The notes beneath the pieces are model-generated. The model did not search any database. It was not told the origin of the DNA and saw nothing but the letters and a program-made list of their open reading frames with translations. Positions 1 to 13,124 of a DNA stretch of 64,000 nucleotides are shown here, one piece after another (position 1 is the stretch's first letter; each line of letters starts with the position of its first letter). The stretch comes from Acanthaster planci (Eukaryota): NCBI RefSeq assembly GCF_001949145.1, contig NW_019091357.1, positions 3,355,078-3,419,077 on the forward strand. Reading direction: 5' to 3'. A program made the position numbers and the translations under genes.

Positions 1-755
1 TACATGTGAATACATGTAGCTGCCAGAAGGCAATTTCAAAGTTTATCCCTTGATTGCTAAACCAGATGTTGTTTATGATACTTTCTCTGAGTACAAAACC
101 AGGATATGAAGAAATACACGTACCTGGTACACATACGAATTTCTTCATGGAAAGTCAGTATATAAAAGAACGTAAAAGCCACCAATTAAGCTTTCAATTC
201 TGGTTTATAACATTGGAGGAACTGCCGGTACTATGCCTCCACCTTTAAATGTTTTCACCAGTCTTCGTCAAGCTTAAAATGGGACCTTGAAAAACACTGG
301 CAGGTGCGTATAAAAATTGGATATAAAAACATTGGGGCTCACCCCAAAATCTCTTAATGTGACTTTGCTGTGAATCTAGTCACAACATGAATTTCTGGTG
401 TATCCCGTGTTTTGGTTTGTTTCTGGTTATGAAACTGAGGATTCCTAAAATGCTCAATGGTACTGTACTGTACTTCAGAAGCCTGAAGAAATCTGCAGAG
501 AGAAGACCATGAGGAAATGTTGAGTTTTAGAGGTGGAGGGATAACCTCTGTGATCAATTTTACAAGAAGAAGCATGGAATCGGTGATTGAGACCTAATGC
601 AGGTTTTTGCCAGGTTGGGTCTGACAAACTGATCACGGAGGCGGAAAGTGGGTAAAGTACCATTTGTGATTATGACCTTCCCTTTCAGTAAAATTTGAAT
701 TTCATAATCGTCCACTTACAGAGAGCCTTAGGGTGGTAGACACCATCTGGGAGGA

Positions 756-3700
756 TCAGGAGATGCTGGCCGCTCGTGCTTTCCTCATCTGGCACAGCCA
801 TTTGATGACCCGAGCGTTCTTGGTGATGATGGACTGGGTTGTGTCTGGGAGCTTCTTCGCCAGGCCCAGGCCCTCCTCGCTCACTTTGCTCCCCTGCGAG
901 ATGTTGTCCGAGTTCTCGGTGCTGAAGTTGCCACCCTCGTCGTCATCCTCCTCCCGGGTGTGCTTGTACTCGTGCATGTCGTGGAACACCTCGTCCTCGT
1001 CACTGTACAGCAACGGAGAGAGTGGGCTCTGGAGGAAGCTCTCGCTCAGCCCCATCTGGTTGAAGAAGCGCTCCACCTCCGAGGGGGCACTGGAGAGGGA
1101 GCAGCTGGGACTGGTCACCCCTAGGTCTGACTTGGAGCGTCGGCGCAAGAATTCCCACCTCGTGGGGGAAGAGAGCGGTGCTGGCCGTGAAGTTGGACCT
1201 TCACGATGTGCGGCTTGAATATTCCGGTTCTGCCTGCTGTCAAAGTTTGGGAGGGGCCTGTGGATACTGGCATGAAGATTCACATTGTAAATCTTTGGCA
1301 CAGGCTTCTTCTGTGCAGCCAAGATCCTCTTCCTACATGCCTTGTCTTCAGATCCTTCAGAGCTGCTACTGCTGCTAGACTTGTGAGTTACTTGTTGGAC
1401 AGGAATTTCCAGTGCTTTTACATGCAATTTTTGCCCCCTCTTGAGGGTGTTTAGCTCGTCGTCAGGATTTATAATCCGAGAGAGCAGATTCTGCAGTGCC
1501 TTGTCATCTTCTTTCTTCTGATCGGCCTGCCGCTGGGGCTTTTTCACCCGCAGGACTTTACTCCGACGGAGCTCCGCTTCATCACTGTCTGTCTCCGACT
1601 CCTCCCCTCGAGCTCTATTGGGGTTTGCAGGTGCAGACCACTTGGAATACGTTTCATTGTGGTTGGTACTTGTCACTTCGGTGCTTCTGAACAGATCAAT
1701 TTTATCGGCCACTCCAGTCCCATTTGCACGCCGTCGTGTGGCATTTTTACCCAGGTCTGAAAGGCTCATTGTCTTGACTTGCTGTGGTTCTGTGTCAGGA
1801 GTTGACTTGTCTTTGCCATCATCTTTCTTTGATGAAGACGTGGCTGAGTTGTGACTTAACCTCCGTCTCTTGTCCAACTCACTGCACCTTGATCCTTCCA
1901 CAGACTGTTCCGAGTATTTCCTTCCGTGTTCTGCCTTCCCTTGCATCTCTGTTCTATTAGAAATTGAGCCACGTTCTCTCGCATCAGGCACTGGTCCATG
2001 TAGTTGTACATCTTTTGAAACAACCTGCACCTCATAATCAGTTTCATTATCTTCATAGGTGTTCAAGTTTACATCATCACTAATTTCCACTGGAAATGCC
2101 CAGTGGGTTCCAACTGTGTGTATTTTGTCATCAGACAGTGTTCGGTTTTCTGAAGATTCTGAGGAGATGCGATTTCCGTTACCGTCATTATGTGGTTGGC
2201 CAGCTCTGTTGGTGTCTCCTTTTGCCGGGCTGAGTGAGATTTCCCCACCTCTTGGACTGCTCATGACTCCACTGAGGAAGCTCTGAACCAGTGATTTTGC
2301 ACGCTCGTGGCCATCTTCTGGTGACATCTTTGTTGCTGTGCTCTGCTGAAGTCCATAGCTCTGTGGAGTCTGCAACTCCGTGCCAATTTCCCCAGCTATG
2401 CAAATGTCAGGAGATAAGGCCCTTTGATTTTGAGAGAGGCTCACTTGTGCCTCCATTTTGTTTGCATCGCTTCTGATCTGGTTTTGACCAAAGTTAACTG
2501 GAGCCCAGGACCTTTTTTTGACTGGGCTGGTCGTGGTATACTTAAAGAGTATGCTTTGAGCAATATCCTTTTTTGTGGGCTGTGGGAGGATGGTGTCTTG
2601 CTGCAATCTGTCATCCTGACTGCGGTGTCTCGGACGACAGAAGTTTGCTTCTTCTTCAGAGGAGCCAAGAACTGTATCACTGTGATCAAGATCTGACTTG
2701 GCTCTTCGGTGTATGATCTCCTCTTTAGAATCAATCTGGGGTGAGTCTTGGGGCTGCAGCCTGGACTGGAAGGCCTTTTTGCTGACATAATGCTTTGATG
2801 GGTAGATGCTGCCGATGACTTGCCCTAGTACCCTGTCTCCACCATGATGTACAGCATGTTCAAGCACAGACCTCTGGTTTTTGCTGGTTTCTTCAAGCTC
2901 CCCCCAGCGCTCTGGTGACTTCCCAGAGACATTGAACTCCTTGGTTCGCCTCAGTCGCCTTACGTCATCTGACGTCATTGGCCTAGAAATGTCTGGGTCA
3001 AACCTTTCTGCACTAAAGCTTTCTCCATGACTTGTTGAGACAAACTTCTGAGATGTGGTATCCTTCCTCATTTTCTCAGTGCGTTTTTTATCCCCTTCTG
3101 ATGAGAGTTCAAAAGGCGGCATGCAGGGCCTTGAAAATGTGTCTTGTTCACAGGCAACCTCCATGGGCTGGTCACCACTCTCTCCTTCGGAAGTATACGA
3201 TCTTGGTCTAACAGCACGTGATGATGTTTGCCAAGGTGGCTCTTCCACTGAAGCACTCCGTACTTTTCTCTCGGCTGCCTGCCCTGGAGGCCTCAGGGTA
3301 ATCTTGCTGATCTTCCGTTCTTGGCCATTCTCGTTTGCCAAGTCGGTGGCGTATCTGGCTTTGAAGCGCTCCATCTGTCTTCTGGTCTGGTCATCGGGAG
3401 AAACAAATGAAGAAGGGTGTTTAGCGTTGGACACCATCCCCAAGTCACTTTTCAGACTGTGTTCCTTTTCACTGGAAGTGCCCAAGGTTCTTAGCGTGTC
3501 AACCACTTGTGCGTTTCCTCTCTCGTGCAATTTCGGTTCCCCAGAACAACTATGGCCTGGGTGTGACAAAACCTCTTCGGGCTCAATGGCATCTGCCTCA
3601 GATGGGGCCTTGAAAGCAGTTGTGTGGGAATCTTTCAGATAGCTGGGGAGATTGCCCTTTAACAAGACCGGAGAACTGGACGAACTATCAGACTTTTGAA

Positions 3701-4289
3701 ATTCTGCTGGGGAAGCTTGACCCTGACTGACTTCACTTCTGCTGTCAGCGCACAAAATGTTCAGATACTGCTCCTTCAGCTTACGGACACGGCTACCGCC
3801 ACTCAGATTTTCTGGTGGGGAATCAGAATGAGACGATCCCGTATTACTGACAACTCCCTGGGATGAGGAAGTCACTTCATCGGAAGACTGGCTCAAACTG
3901 CCTCGAAGCGAAGCTTCCACTATCTCCAGTGTTCGATCTCTACTGCCTTTCCGCACACCCCTCATCAGTTTAACTTGGGGAGGTTTGTCTGGGATGGGTG
4001 GGGGTGCCCGCGGACGGGACTTTTTGACAGGCTGGGGCTCCCTGTCCCCCTCATGGACGTATGGGACCGCCCTGAACACATGGCCAGGTGTCCTCTGGTT
4101 CTCGTCTCCCTGGTTGTCTTCTAACTCGTCTCGGCTGCCTCGGCGTACAAACTTTGACCGGCTCTCTGCCAGTCGCTCCCTGGCCGATTTTTTGCCGAGC
4201 TGTTCCCTGATGGGCAGGAAGCCAGGTCCGGTGTTGAAAGTGCGAAGGGGAAACTTGGTCACAGTTGATGATTCCGAAGTCACAGCCAT
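756..4289 (-). CDS. FAM110: FAM110-family protein, greatly expanded (1177 aa), encoded by one coding exon
   Basis: Long ORF carrying FAM110-like motifs: N-terminal FPLRTFNTGPGF..KKSARERLAESRSKFVR, and C-terminal RRSKSDL, EVERFFNQMGL and SIITKNARVIKWL. Likely ATG at 4289, just downstream of a poly-T/ttccag splice acceptor (exon begins 4300). The ORF-track extension to 4436 is intronic. Confidence 0.85.
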   Translation of the reverse strand: MAVTSESSTVTKFPLRTFNTGPGFLPIREQLGKKSARERLAESRSKFVRRGSRDELEDNQGDENQRTPGHVFRAVPYVHEGDREPQPVKKSRPRAPPPIPDKPPQVKLMRGVRKGSRDRTLEIVEASLRGSLSQSSDEVTSSSQGVVSNTGSSHSDSPPENLSGGSRVRKLKEQYLNILCADSRSEVSQGQASPAEFQKSDSSSSSPVLLKGNLPSYLKDSHTTAFKAPSEADAIEPEEVLSHPGHSCSGEPKLHERGNAQVVDTLRTLGTSSEKEHSLKSDLGMVSNAKHPSSFVSPDDQTRRQMERFKARYATDLANENGQERKISKITLRPPGQAAERKVRSASVEEPPWQTSSRAVRPRSYTSEGESGDQPMEVACEQDTFSRPCMPPFELSSEGDKKRTEKMRKDTTSQKFVSTSHGESFSAERFDPDISRPMTSDDVRRLRRTKEFNVSGKSPERWGELEETSKNQRSVLEHAVHHGGDRVLGQVIGSIYPSKHYVSKKAFQSRLQPQDSPQIDSKEEIIHRRAKSDLDHSDTVLGSSEEEANFCRPRHRSQDDRLQQDTILPQPTKKDIAQSILFKYTTTSPVKKRSWAPVNFGQNQIRSDANKMEAQVSLSQNQRALSPDICIAGEIGTELQTPQSYGLQQSTATKMSPEDGHERAKSLVQSFLSGVMSSPRGGEISLSPAKGDTNRAGQPHNDGNGNRISSESSENRTLSDDKIHTVGTHWAFPVEISDDVNLNTYEDNETDYEVQVVSKDVQLHGPVPDARERGSISNRTEMQGKAEHGRKYSEQSVEGSRCSELDKRRRLSHNSATSSSKKDDGKDKSTPDTEPQQVKTMSLSDLGKNATRRRANGTGVADKIDLFRSTEVTSTNHNETYSKWSAPANPNRARGEESETDSDEAELRRSKVLRVKKPQRQADQKKEDDKALQNLLSRIINPDDELNTLKRGQKLHVKALEIPVQQVTHKSSSSSSSEGSEDKACRKRILAAQKKPVPKIYNVNLHASIHRPLPNFDSRQNRNIQAAHREGPTSRPAPLSSPTRWEFLRRRSKSDLGVTSPSCSLSSAPSEVERFFNQMGLSESFLQSPLSPLLYSDEDEVFHDMHEYKHTREEDDDEGGNFSTENSDNISQGSKVSEEGLGLAKKLPDTTQSIITKNARVIKWLCQMRKARAASIS

Positions 4290-7200
4290 CTTGCATGCAT
4301 CTGGAATGTAAAAAAAAAAACAACTTGGGTTTGAACCATCCTTGGTGTGAATTTCAAATTGCCCAGCAAGTTTAAATCTAGAACTGTACGATAAGATGGT
4401 GTAAAGTTTACGATACTGGAAGAGACAGGACTTCAAAGCATTTTTTTTTACTTTCCAAATAAATTTTAAGCAAGGAATTTAACCCAGAGACATATTACAA
4501 ACATTTACCACAGAGGGAACATTTTTCAGGGGAGTACTGGGGGGGGGAGCTCATTTTCTGAAGGATGTTAGGACCTGAACTACTGTTACCTTTCTCATAG
4601 GATGGAATGTAAAACACTTACCAAATTTTTTTTTTTACCAAATTTTGTTCCCTTCCCGTTTTAAGTTACTACACTGATTTACACGTCACCCTAAACATTC
4701 TCAGGTGAGGTGAGGACATCATTTGCCATCTGTGTATAAAGTTTGTTTGAGGCAACAATTTAAGTGCATCAAATCTAAAGAAGGAAACCAAACAACTTCC
4801 CTGATCATGACAACTCAGCTTAGTGAATGATGTACATGTATGGCTTTAGTTTAGTCCTGTATTTATCTTTACACTGAGTACACTTTTCACTGATAATTTT
4901 GTCATTTGCCTTTTGGATAACTGCTAATGATGGACTGTGCATGTACATGTACCTACGTGGAATTCACACTAGCAGTTAGGATGTCAGATGATTAAGATGC
5001 TTCAAAATGCTTACCCAACAGAGATGGTCGGTGAACATTGTCCAATAAGTAATCGCTGTGGTTTGAAAGGAACGAGGTCTTGTATCACAGCAACTGCAAA
5101 AAAAAGAGACGATGAGTCAGCCCTTGGCCATCCAGAAGAAATCCCAAAGCCTGACGTTGTTATTGTGTGGTTTGTAAAGGGTATTCTTCACTTGCTGTAG
5201 GGTTGATGTACCAGGACATGCATACAGTTGACATGAATACACTTCACCAGCAGGGCTCTGACAAGAGAACAAATACTGCAGATGTATGTAATCGGACACA
5301 GGGCTTTCTTTGGAAATCATGAATGTCGGGGCGCTATATCAACCTGTCTCCCTTTTCAGGTGATTTTTCAAGCAGTACCCCTCATGTTAAAAATTTTAAA
5401 AGATGAGCTGCACTGTATTTAGTTTTGAACCATTACAAAGCTTAGATTAAAATTACGCATGCAATTTTTTTTTCCCCCAATGCAAGTTTCTTTCAAATGA
5501 AATGTTTCGGCAGAGTTTCACAGACAGCAAAATGAAGCAAAGTTTGTAAATGACTGGCGTCACCTTTTGAGTCATTAACAAAAGAAATATTTCCTCATAG
5601 CATGTGCAAAACATACGTGTACTCTTCACATCTTGCTCATTTCACCAAGGTTACACCCTGGCAATGTGGTCCCTTGTAATTCACAAACACACACTGCTCA
5701 GCATTCACGTTACAACCAATGATGTATCCACTTCTCTTTCATGAAAAAAACAAGGAAATTCACACATTGACAAACTCGGGTTACAACTTTTTTCCCTCGT
5801 TTTAAATGGTTTTAAGTGCACTTAGATAGGCATACTCGTAACTATGCACCATTTTATACACAATGCATTAGTGCTGACATGTGCAAAGAGCCCCTATGAT
5901 TCATGACTGCATTTAAAACATACCAAAAGATGCTACACTGAGCCTTCTGTGTTCTCTCACAAAACCTTTTGAGCTCTAACGCCTTTTGAAATCCAAGTAC
6001 CATCATACAGTCGTACATGTACCCAGGTAGTGCATACTGAAGCACACAAAAAGGCCCATTCAGAGGAGCAGACTTTTACCCAGGGACGCAGAAACTACAT
6101 GTATAGTCCTGCCTTTTTTTTTTATCCCGTTGTTATTATTGTAAGAAAAACTGACAACCATTTTTCAAAGACATGGCCAGCTCCTACCTATTATTCTCCT
6201 TTCCCAGGCTGGAAATCTCAAGGGACAAATAAACAAACAGTTCGGCAGACCAAACTTTCCTTCACACTCATAGTGGAGACAGCCACTTAGGGCTGAGAAC
6301 ACTGTACAGGCAGGTACTAGTATCTGTACATGAAGTGGCTTCCTAGATATGCCCCTCCCCTAACTACGGGTACATGTAGTTCCGCCCCCCACAATCAGCT
6401 GTTGATCATGATTATTTTCAAATTCCCCTCCCCTAAAAAATTCCCCTCAAGTGTATTCCCCTCCCCCCAACCGTTTTCACAGAAGAGTGCCACTGAATAC
6501 TTCAACTGCACAAACCTGAATGACTATAATCTTCAATGAAAAAATTTATAGACCATATGAATGCTATCCAATTTGAGAAATTTATGTCGTGAAACTTACG
6601 CAGTACCCAGCCAAAGTTCCACCCAGAAGACACAGTGGACACGTGGGCTGACATGCATGCATTGTAACTTCTGCTTTATCGGCTACCGGTACGTGTCACG
6701 CTTCGTCAACTCTGACGGTTGATTTGAGCACTGAAGAGTGACGACACATCCAGTATGAAAGGGAGCTCATGGACCGTGGATGAGTCTAGCAAATTAAACT
6801 ATGCCCCAGGCCGTGGGATAACCCACTTCAAATGACCAGCTCTTGTCAACAATCAATCAGGGGAAAAAAGTCATTTTTTTACAGGTACACGTAACTGACC
6901 TGCATTATCAAGACCTCAAAAAGAATACATGTACATGTACCAGTGTCTCGCCCAACTGCTTTGTTACTTTGCAGCACTTCACACGGGGGGGGACAAACCT
7001 ACATGCACATGCAGTAGGCCCTACTGTATCAACAAAAATGCAGTCTCACTTTGATATGCAGCTATTTGGCAGGACATGTATAATGTTCCATTTTGATTAC
7101 AACACGTGCATACATGTACATACATGTACAATAGTTGTATTTCCGTTGATGAACTTTGGCCAAGTGCATGCATGGAGGAATAAAACATGTAGTGCCCTTG

Positions 7201-7539
7201 TGATTCTAATGATGACTCCTTGTTACAGGAATGACATTCTGCAGCCAATCATGTCCCTTTTTATCTTGAATCCGCCAAAGGATCAAAAGGCAACAGGCTG
7301 ACGTGTACGGTGTGCCTTTTCCTAGAATCCATGACTATCCATTTAAAACTGCCCATTTTTCCGAGAGAAATCTAGCACCATTGCAAATTCTGCTGGACAC
7401 ACATGGTGTACTGTATGCACACGCACACACGTACGCTATAATATTTAATTCTAAACGGAAAATGACAAAATGAGGTTTTTCTTTGTCACACAATTGCCCA
7501 CCAGCAAGGCCAGTGTTCAGGTGTACATGATCTATTAAT

Positions 7540-7800
7540 ATGCATAGCATAGTATTCAATCAACTGATACGGTACCAGTTTTTTTTCAAGACAAAATTAC
7601 TGATTCAAATTCAACTAAATTTCACATTACCTAAAAAAAAATCCATTTACATGAATATCAATTTGTACAATAAGCATACACAATGTACCAACATGCACCG
7701 TATAGTATTCAATCAACTAATACGGTATTAGTGAATCAATTAAATGTCACGTTACTAAAAAAAATTCCACTTACACGAATATCGATTTGTACAACAAAAA
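7540..7800. repeat. Degenerate tandem duplication (2 copies)
   Basis: ATAGTATTCAATCAACT(G/A)ATACGGTA and AAAT(T/G)TCAC..AAAAAAA..GAATATC(A/G)ATTTGTACAA each occur twice in the same order. Confidence 0.75.
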
Positions 7801-10239
7801 CAGTACACGTTCTACTGTCCTGCAAAGTTTACAATAAACACAAATTGTTACACCAACTGTTTCACCCATCCAATGAATGGCTAGTCTGTAAATCTACAGA
7901 CCTGCACAGGTCTTTAAAAACTAGCTTTAGGGTGTTTTCTTAAAGATCATTTTCACTCACTGACTTTTGAGTAATCAAGGAGAATGCAGCTTGTATGTGT
8001 AGGCTATTCCTCTTCTTTATCTGATAATTGTTTTCAGTTCCACAACCCTTTCCAATGTATGTAGGATCCGTTACCTCTTTCAGTTCACTTCATAACTGTA
8101 AAGAATTTCACGCTTGACAAGTTTCATGTAAACACAGTCACTGTAAAGTACTATAATGTACAGTACCTTACACATTACTCATGAAACTTCAATTCTCTAG
8201 AGAGCCCATTTGTGGCTGCTCTGTTCTTTTTTTCCTACGAAACTGTGGGACCTTTATTCAAGAACTACATGTACAATCATTACTGTAGGTATACGTCTGT
8301 GCATTGAACACATCACCATTTTCTCTTTCTGACGTTTGTCAAACACAAAATTGAAAAACTTGCCCAACCCAAGTCCATTATGTACAGACACAGAATTCTG
8401 CGACTCCCAGAAAGTAGCCTGGCGGCCCATCACGTTTCGCTTATCTCCCACCATGATTAAAAGGTGTACACATGTACACACCGAGCTTTCAAATCTGGCT
8501 GCCAAGTGTAGAATTTTTGGTGCTACATTTGTATGGTGCATTTAGACAAAATTCATCTTGAATCATGTAAGCCTGCACAGTTAATTTTGGTTCACTTTTT
8601 AGAATCCCTTTTGGGAGTCCATTTTTCCCGGTTCTCTCTTGCCTTGGAAGTTTGAACCCTCTCAAAGAATTGAGTACACATACATACATTAATGTTTGCC
8701 AGACATAGAAATATTTTCACACAGAAAAACAAACTTCATGGGTTCCAATTTCTGAAGGCTGGTTAAATGAATTATGACATGCAGACAACAGGTTGAATAA
8801 ACCTGACCTCCCATGGAGCAAAATGTAAGATCCATGGGCGCTGGGAAAAAAACCTGGATAACAGCACCACCACAGTGTTGCTGTGGGATTCCAACCTGCC
8901 AGTCAGCGTAAATTCATGTTCCATGCAAACACAGGGCAAGGCACCCCTCACTGCATGGGACAGTCAAAAATGCTTGACTGGGGGTTCACTTTTTTTAATC
9001 AGCCCTTTTTTTGTTTAAAGATTTACCACTGAATGGTGCTGAATATTTCCTGTCTGTCAAAGGTGTACCACACCTGGAATGTGAAATGCAAACCTTCCAT
9101 GGAAACTCTTTGACCAAAGGCAACTTGATGCTTGATAAAATGGGCAGGAAGAGACCTTCCTTGGGGGTCAAAAGGTCACTGATATCCTCTTGGCAATTTT
9201 AGTGGAATGTCTGATTCGTAAAGGAATCCTTCAAATTGTCTTTTGCTACATATGTATGTAGGCTAATCGGTTGAATTCCTGCATTGCCTGAACTTAGTCT
9301 GGTAAACCTCACAGCCGAGCTACATGTACAGTACATGTATACAATGCTGAGTATTTCAACTGCAAAACCTGCATGAAAATTGAGCAAATTTACATTTCAT
9401 ATGGCAACTCAACTGACTCTCCCTCTCTATCATTCTCCATAGAAGTGAATGGATCTTAGAAAGATAAATTGCCACTTGAAATCACACAAGGGTCATCTGC
9501 AATACATGTATTGTATATAGTGAACAAGCACAGTATAATATAGGCTCAACATGTACCAGTACATGTATGTATATACATGTACACTGTACTTTGTACATAG
9601 AGCTACATACATGTACATCTCTGTGATTTGAGCCAGGCTGAATTTTAGCAATGAATGCTGTAATTTGTTGCCAACATCTTTCATTAGTTACCAGTAGTTG
9701 ACAAGATTATGGTTGCTTTTCCTGTTAAAACAGTAAACAGCACACAAATTGGTTGAAAGTATTCACAGTATTCAAAGTATTCATCAGATATTTTTAAATT
9801 TATAACTCTGTATCTGGACTGTGCTTTTGATTTCCTTGTTTCCATGTACATGAAAATGAAATTTACATATTCTGTAAGTCCATAATACCCATTACAAATT
9901 TGAACGTGTGCACTGAGACCATGAAACTGTCATTCAGAAACGAGCAACCCATCAATATTTACAATGGGTATCAGGCTATCAGCAGTGGTTTTGATGCCAA
10001 AATAATTAGGTAAATAATCTACTGTGCATGTGAGCAGGTGTGGCTGGAATTCAGCAACACAAGCTGCTATTTCCAGGTTAACGGTGAGCAGTGTTCTAGC
10101 TACATGTAGGACCATTTAAGTGCCGGGTAAACTTTCGGATTACAAAGCGTAGTGAGCGCAGTTCTCAATGCTTTCTGACGCTTGAAATACGATCCAATTG
10201 GTACATTTAAATTTTCAGTAATATTTCAGTTCATTTTTT

Positions 10240-10346
10240 TGAAAATCCATGCTGGGTGGCACGGCCAATTTGAACCTGAGAGCCGGGCGGAAATTTGCAG
10301 TACGGGGTAGTGCCGCCCAGCACCGCCCACCGCGGCTAGAACCCTG
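10240..10346. mobile_element. Terminal fragment of a hAT-like non-autonomous element
   Basis: GC-rich GCCGCCC/ACCGCCC subterminal motifs ending in CTAGAACCCTG (reverse complement CAGGGTTCTAG), similar to the other CAGG-terminated elements here. Partner end not found. Confidence 0.35.
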
Positions 10347-11542
10347 GCAGTGAGGAGAAAGAAGAAAATTACATGACAGACATTCAAGACCGACAAGTGT
10401 CAAGGGCTACTTGAAAATGCAGATTCATCTCTAACTTTTCAAATTTACCGGTACTTCTGCTGCTAGGGCCTCTCTATCAATTTTCACACATTTGAACGGG
10501 GTACATTTTATCAAACTCTGCTGGGCTTTGGTCATTTAAAATTCCCGAGGGCTCTGCAGTGAGGCCAAGCAAAAAAATAAATATACTCAGCTTCTGGGTT
10601 TTGAGAAAATAAGAGAATGGTAGTTCGTTTTTTTTATATTCCAAGACACATGTACATGTACATACATACTAGTGGCTGCCATTTTGGCTTAAATTTCCAA
10701 CAACCATTGCTGTTTTCACTGTTCCAAGATAAAAACAATTAGACCTTTCAGACAAGAAAATCAAATGCAAATATATGAAGTACATGTGCATGTAGCTATG
10801 ATACTTTGTTTAGCATTGAAGAGTTTCCGGCATGTATGTAGTTTCACACAAATTAAACACACCAGCTTCCAAGTTCCATCTATGGTACATGTAAGTTAAC
10901 TGTGCACAAGCAACTTTATACAGTACATGTATTTGGAGGTGGCCATATCAAGACGTTTAGTCTACCAATGTTCAGATGTGCAGCACTAGTACATGTAGTA
11001 CATCAGTATACGATAGGTTGATTTTTTTTTTGCATTTTCACCTCAATTTCACTGCAACAAGGAAAAGCAAAGGAAAAAATCACCCGGGGTCTTGTTTTCC
11101 TTCATCGTTGGTTACAATTCTTACTGTAAGCCCGGGTCAAAGTTGGCACAAAGGCAAAAATGAACACAAATTTGTGATGTCAGAATAAATAGTCGCTTTG
11201 CAAAAGTTGAACATATTTCAACTTGAGTGAAATTTCGCTGCAAATTTTTCGTGACGTCAAATCCGCTTCGCTTTCCCATTTTGCCTGAAGTATGAACTGA
11301 CCTTTACATGTAAAGCAGATGGTTGCTTGGTTGGTAGACCACCAAAAGTACATGTACATGTTAAGTACTGTACATGTAAGTGTACATGATAATGTGGCCA
11401 CGATCAGTCCATCAGCATACACTGTAATCGCACGACTGTGTTGAGATACATGTATGGTATTAGGCCTATTGTATTAACTTTAGCCTAAGGGTAACCCCCA
11501 GAACCGTGGGGTTCGTCGTCCATTGCACTCCCATCTTCGTGG

Positions 11543-11590
11543 GATCGGGGGGGGGAGTGCGGTAGATCGGGGGGGGGGGAGTGCGGTAGA
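11543..11590. repeat. Short G-rich tandem duplication GATC-Gn-AGTGCGGTA x2
   Basis: Direct repeat visible in the sequence. Confidence 0.8.
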
Positions 11591-12241
11591 CAACAAATCC
11601 CATAGTTCTGGGGGTCCTTTAGGGACCTGTTTGTTTCACACCTTCCTCCATGATCAGTGGTCCCATTCCTAATTGGCTCCATCCATGATTAGACAGGTAT
11701 CAAGTGAACCAACTACAAATGATCGTGATTTGAATCTATGTGAAAGAAGCAGGGCCCCGGCCCTAGGTTTTTATAACTCCATGGTAGCCTATCACCAGTC
11801 ACTTCTGTCATGTCTGTTTGAAATCTCTGATTTTTTTAGGCCTTCTCCCTTTTTGAAAACACTCTCCCACAACCACCATGATGACAAGTGCCGTGAACTT
11901 TTTTGTGGAAAGACAAGGCAATCGGCTGATGGTGGAATTATGTGCACATTTTACAGTCAGTGGGATCAGCCATGTCTACACAGGCCTATCCAGAGATTGG
12001 ACAGATTACGCCCTTGGCGCCAAACAAAATACATCGTACCGGCGGCGGTAAGTTGTATTCACAAACGGCATGACTTGGGCTTGAACGAACGGCAACAGAA
12101 CACTCTCGATCCCTGCACACTCAGCGTGCATATTTATTGAACATGCTAAACTGATGAATCAAACATTCTTTCCAACCACAGTACAGCATATTACAACTTG
12201 TTCGGTTCAATTCAAATGAAAGAGACGCGAGGAAAACTTAC

Positions 12242-12430
12242 CCTTCTCCCCAGTATCGACGGGTTTAAACCTTTGGATAATTATTCTTCTCCTGGCTTCT
12301 TTTTCGATTCCTAAATTCAAACTGAACTTCCCGACGATACACAAACCACTGCGACGCGGTGTATCATCACTGATGTCACACAAATATAAATGAGTGAATT
12401 TTACGTTAAGTGAACAAGAGATGGCGCTGT
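12242..12430 (-). promoter_or_regulatory. Candidate 5' non-coding exon / CpG-rich promoter of the FAM110-like gene
   Basis: Minus-strand donor AAGG|GTAAGT with GT at 12241-12240. It sits where CpG-poor intron-like DNA (4.4-11.4 kb) switches to CpG-rich DNA. The coding exon has an acceptor, so an upstream exon is required. Confidence 0.3.
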
Positions 12431-12533
12431 TTAACATTAGGGATAAAAGGTCCATTTGGATTAATTCAGTGAGTAAATTAAAGGGTGCGGTGCTTAATTC
12501 AAGACAAGCCACTAAGCAGTAAGTTGGGCAGTC

Positions 12534-12762
12534 CTCTCTGAAGGCAAAAGAGGGAGTCCCTTATAAATCCACTCCAAAAGAGTGAAAACCACTCAGTAAG
12601 AGGGAACCATATAAAGAACAACTCTATTTTCAAGTGGTCACCTGCAATGGCTTATTTGAAAAGTGGAAATTTCTCTCTTTTGGAGTGGTTTCTGAGGGAT
12701 TCGCTTTTTTCGAGAGTGACTTTTTCGAGAGTGACTTTTTAACTCTATTTGCATTTAGAGAG
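12534..12762. mobile_element. Palindromic MITE
   Basis: Ends CTCTCTGAAGGCAAAAGAG and CTCTATTTGCATTTAGAGAG are imperfect inverted repeats. Internal CCACTCCAAAAGAG / CTCTTTTGGAGTGG inverted pair. Internal 15-bp tandem repeat TTTTTCGAGAGTGAC x2. Confidence 0.6.
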
Positions 12763-12949
12763 TCGGTCGCTTCGATACCAGCTAAAGCTATCAGGCTGAG
12801 TTCGGGTGGCTGGAACTGGCTTGTTCTTGTGTGTTCACGAACAGCTCGATATGTTGTTTGTGGGTCGGCCGCTCGAACGGTTTCGCAGGAGATAGTACGA
12901 CAGGCAACACGGTGGCGTCCATGTACGTTCTTCAAGGGTAAATGTTTGG

Positions 12950-13124
12950 AATACGGCCGTTTCACGATAGTGTGCCACCAAGAGTTTGCAACGCGTCGGC
13001 CAATCACAGTGCGCGAAATTTGTCGCCCAATGCGCGTTTGGAAAGGGTCGACAAATTTTGCGCGTCATGATTGGCCAACGTGTTGCAAACTCTCCCTGGA
13101 GCGCTATTGTGAATCGCCCGTATT
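12950..13124. mobile_element. Palindromic MITE family X, copy 1
   Basis: Long inverted arms AATACGG..GAGTTTGCAACGCGT..CCAATCAC / TGATTGG..ACGTGTTGCAAACTC..CCGTATT. A second copy lies at 25072-25246. Confidence 0.8.

Noticed and set aside
733..1218. 161-aa plus-strand ORF, and others such as 3055-3642
   Set aside because: Antisense shadows of the GC-rich FAM110 coding exon; no independent motif.
4290..4436. N-terminal 49 aa of the 1226-aa ORF call
   Set aside because: Starts at a non-ATG codon and runs through a poly-T tract and splice acceptor, so it is intron/UTR.
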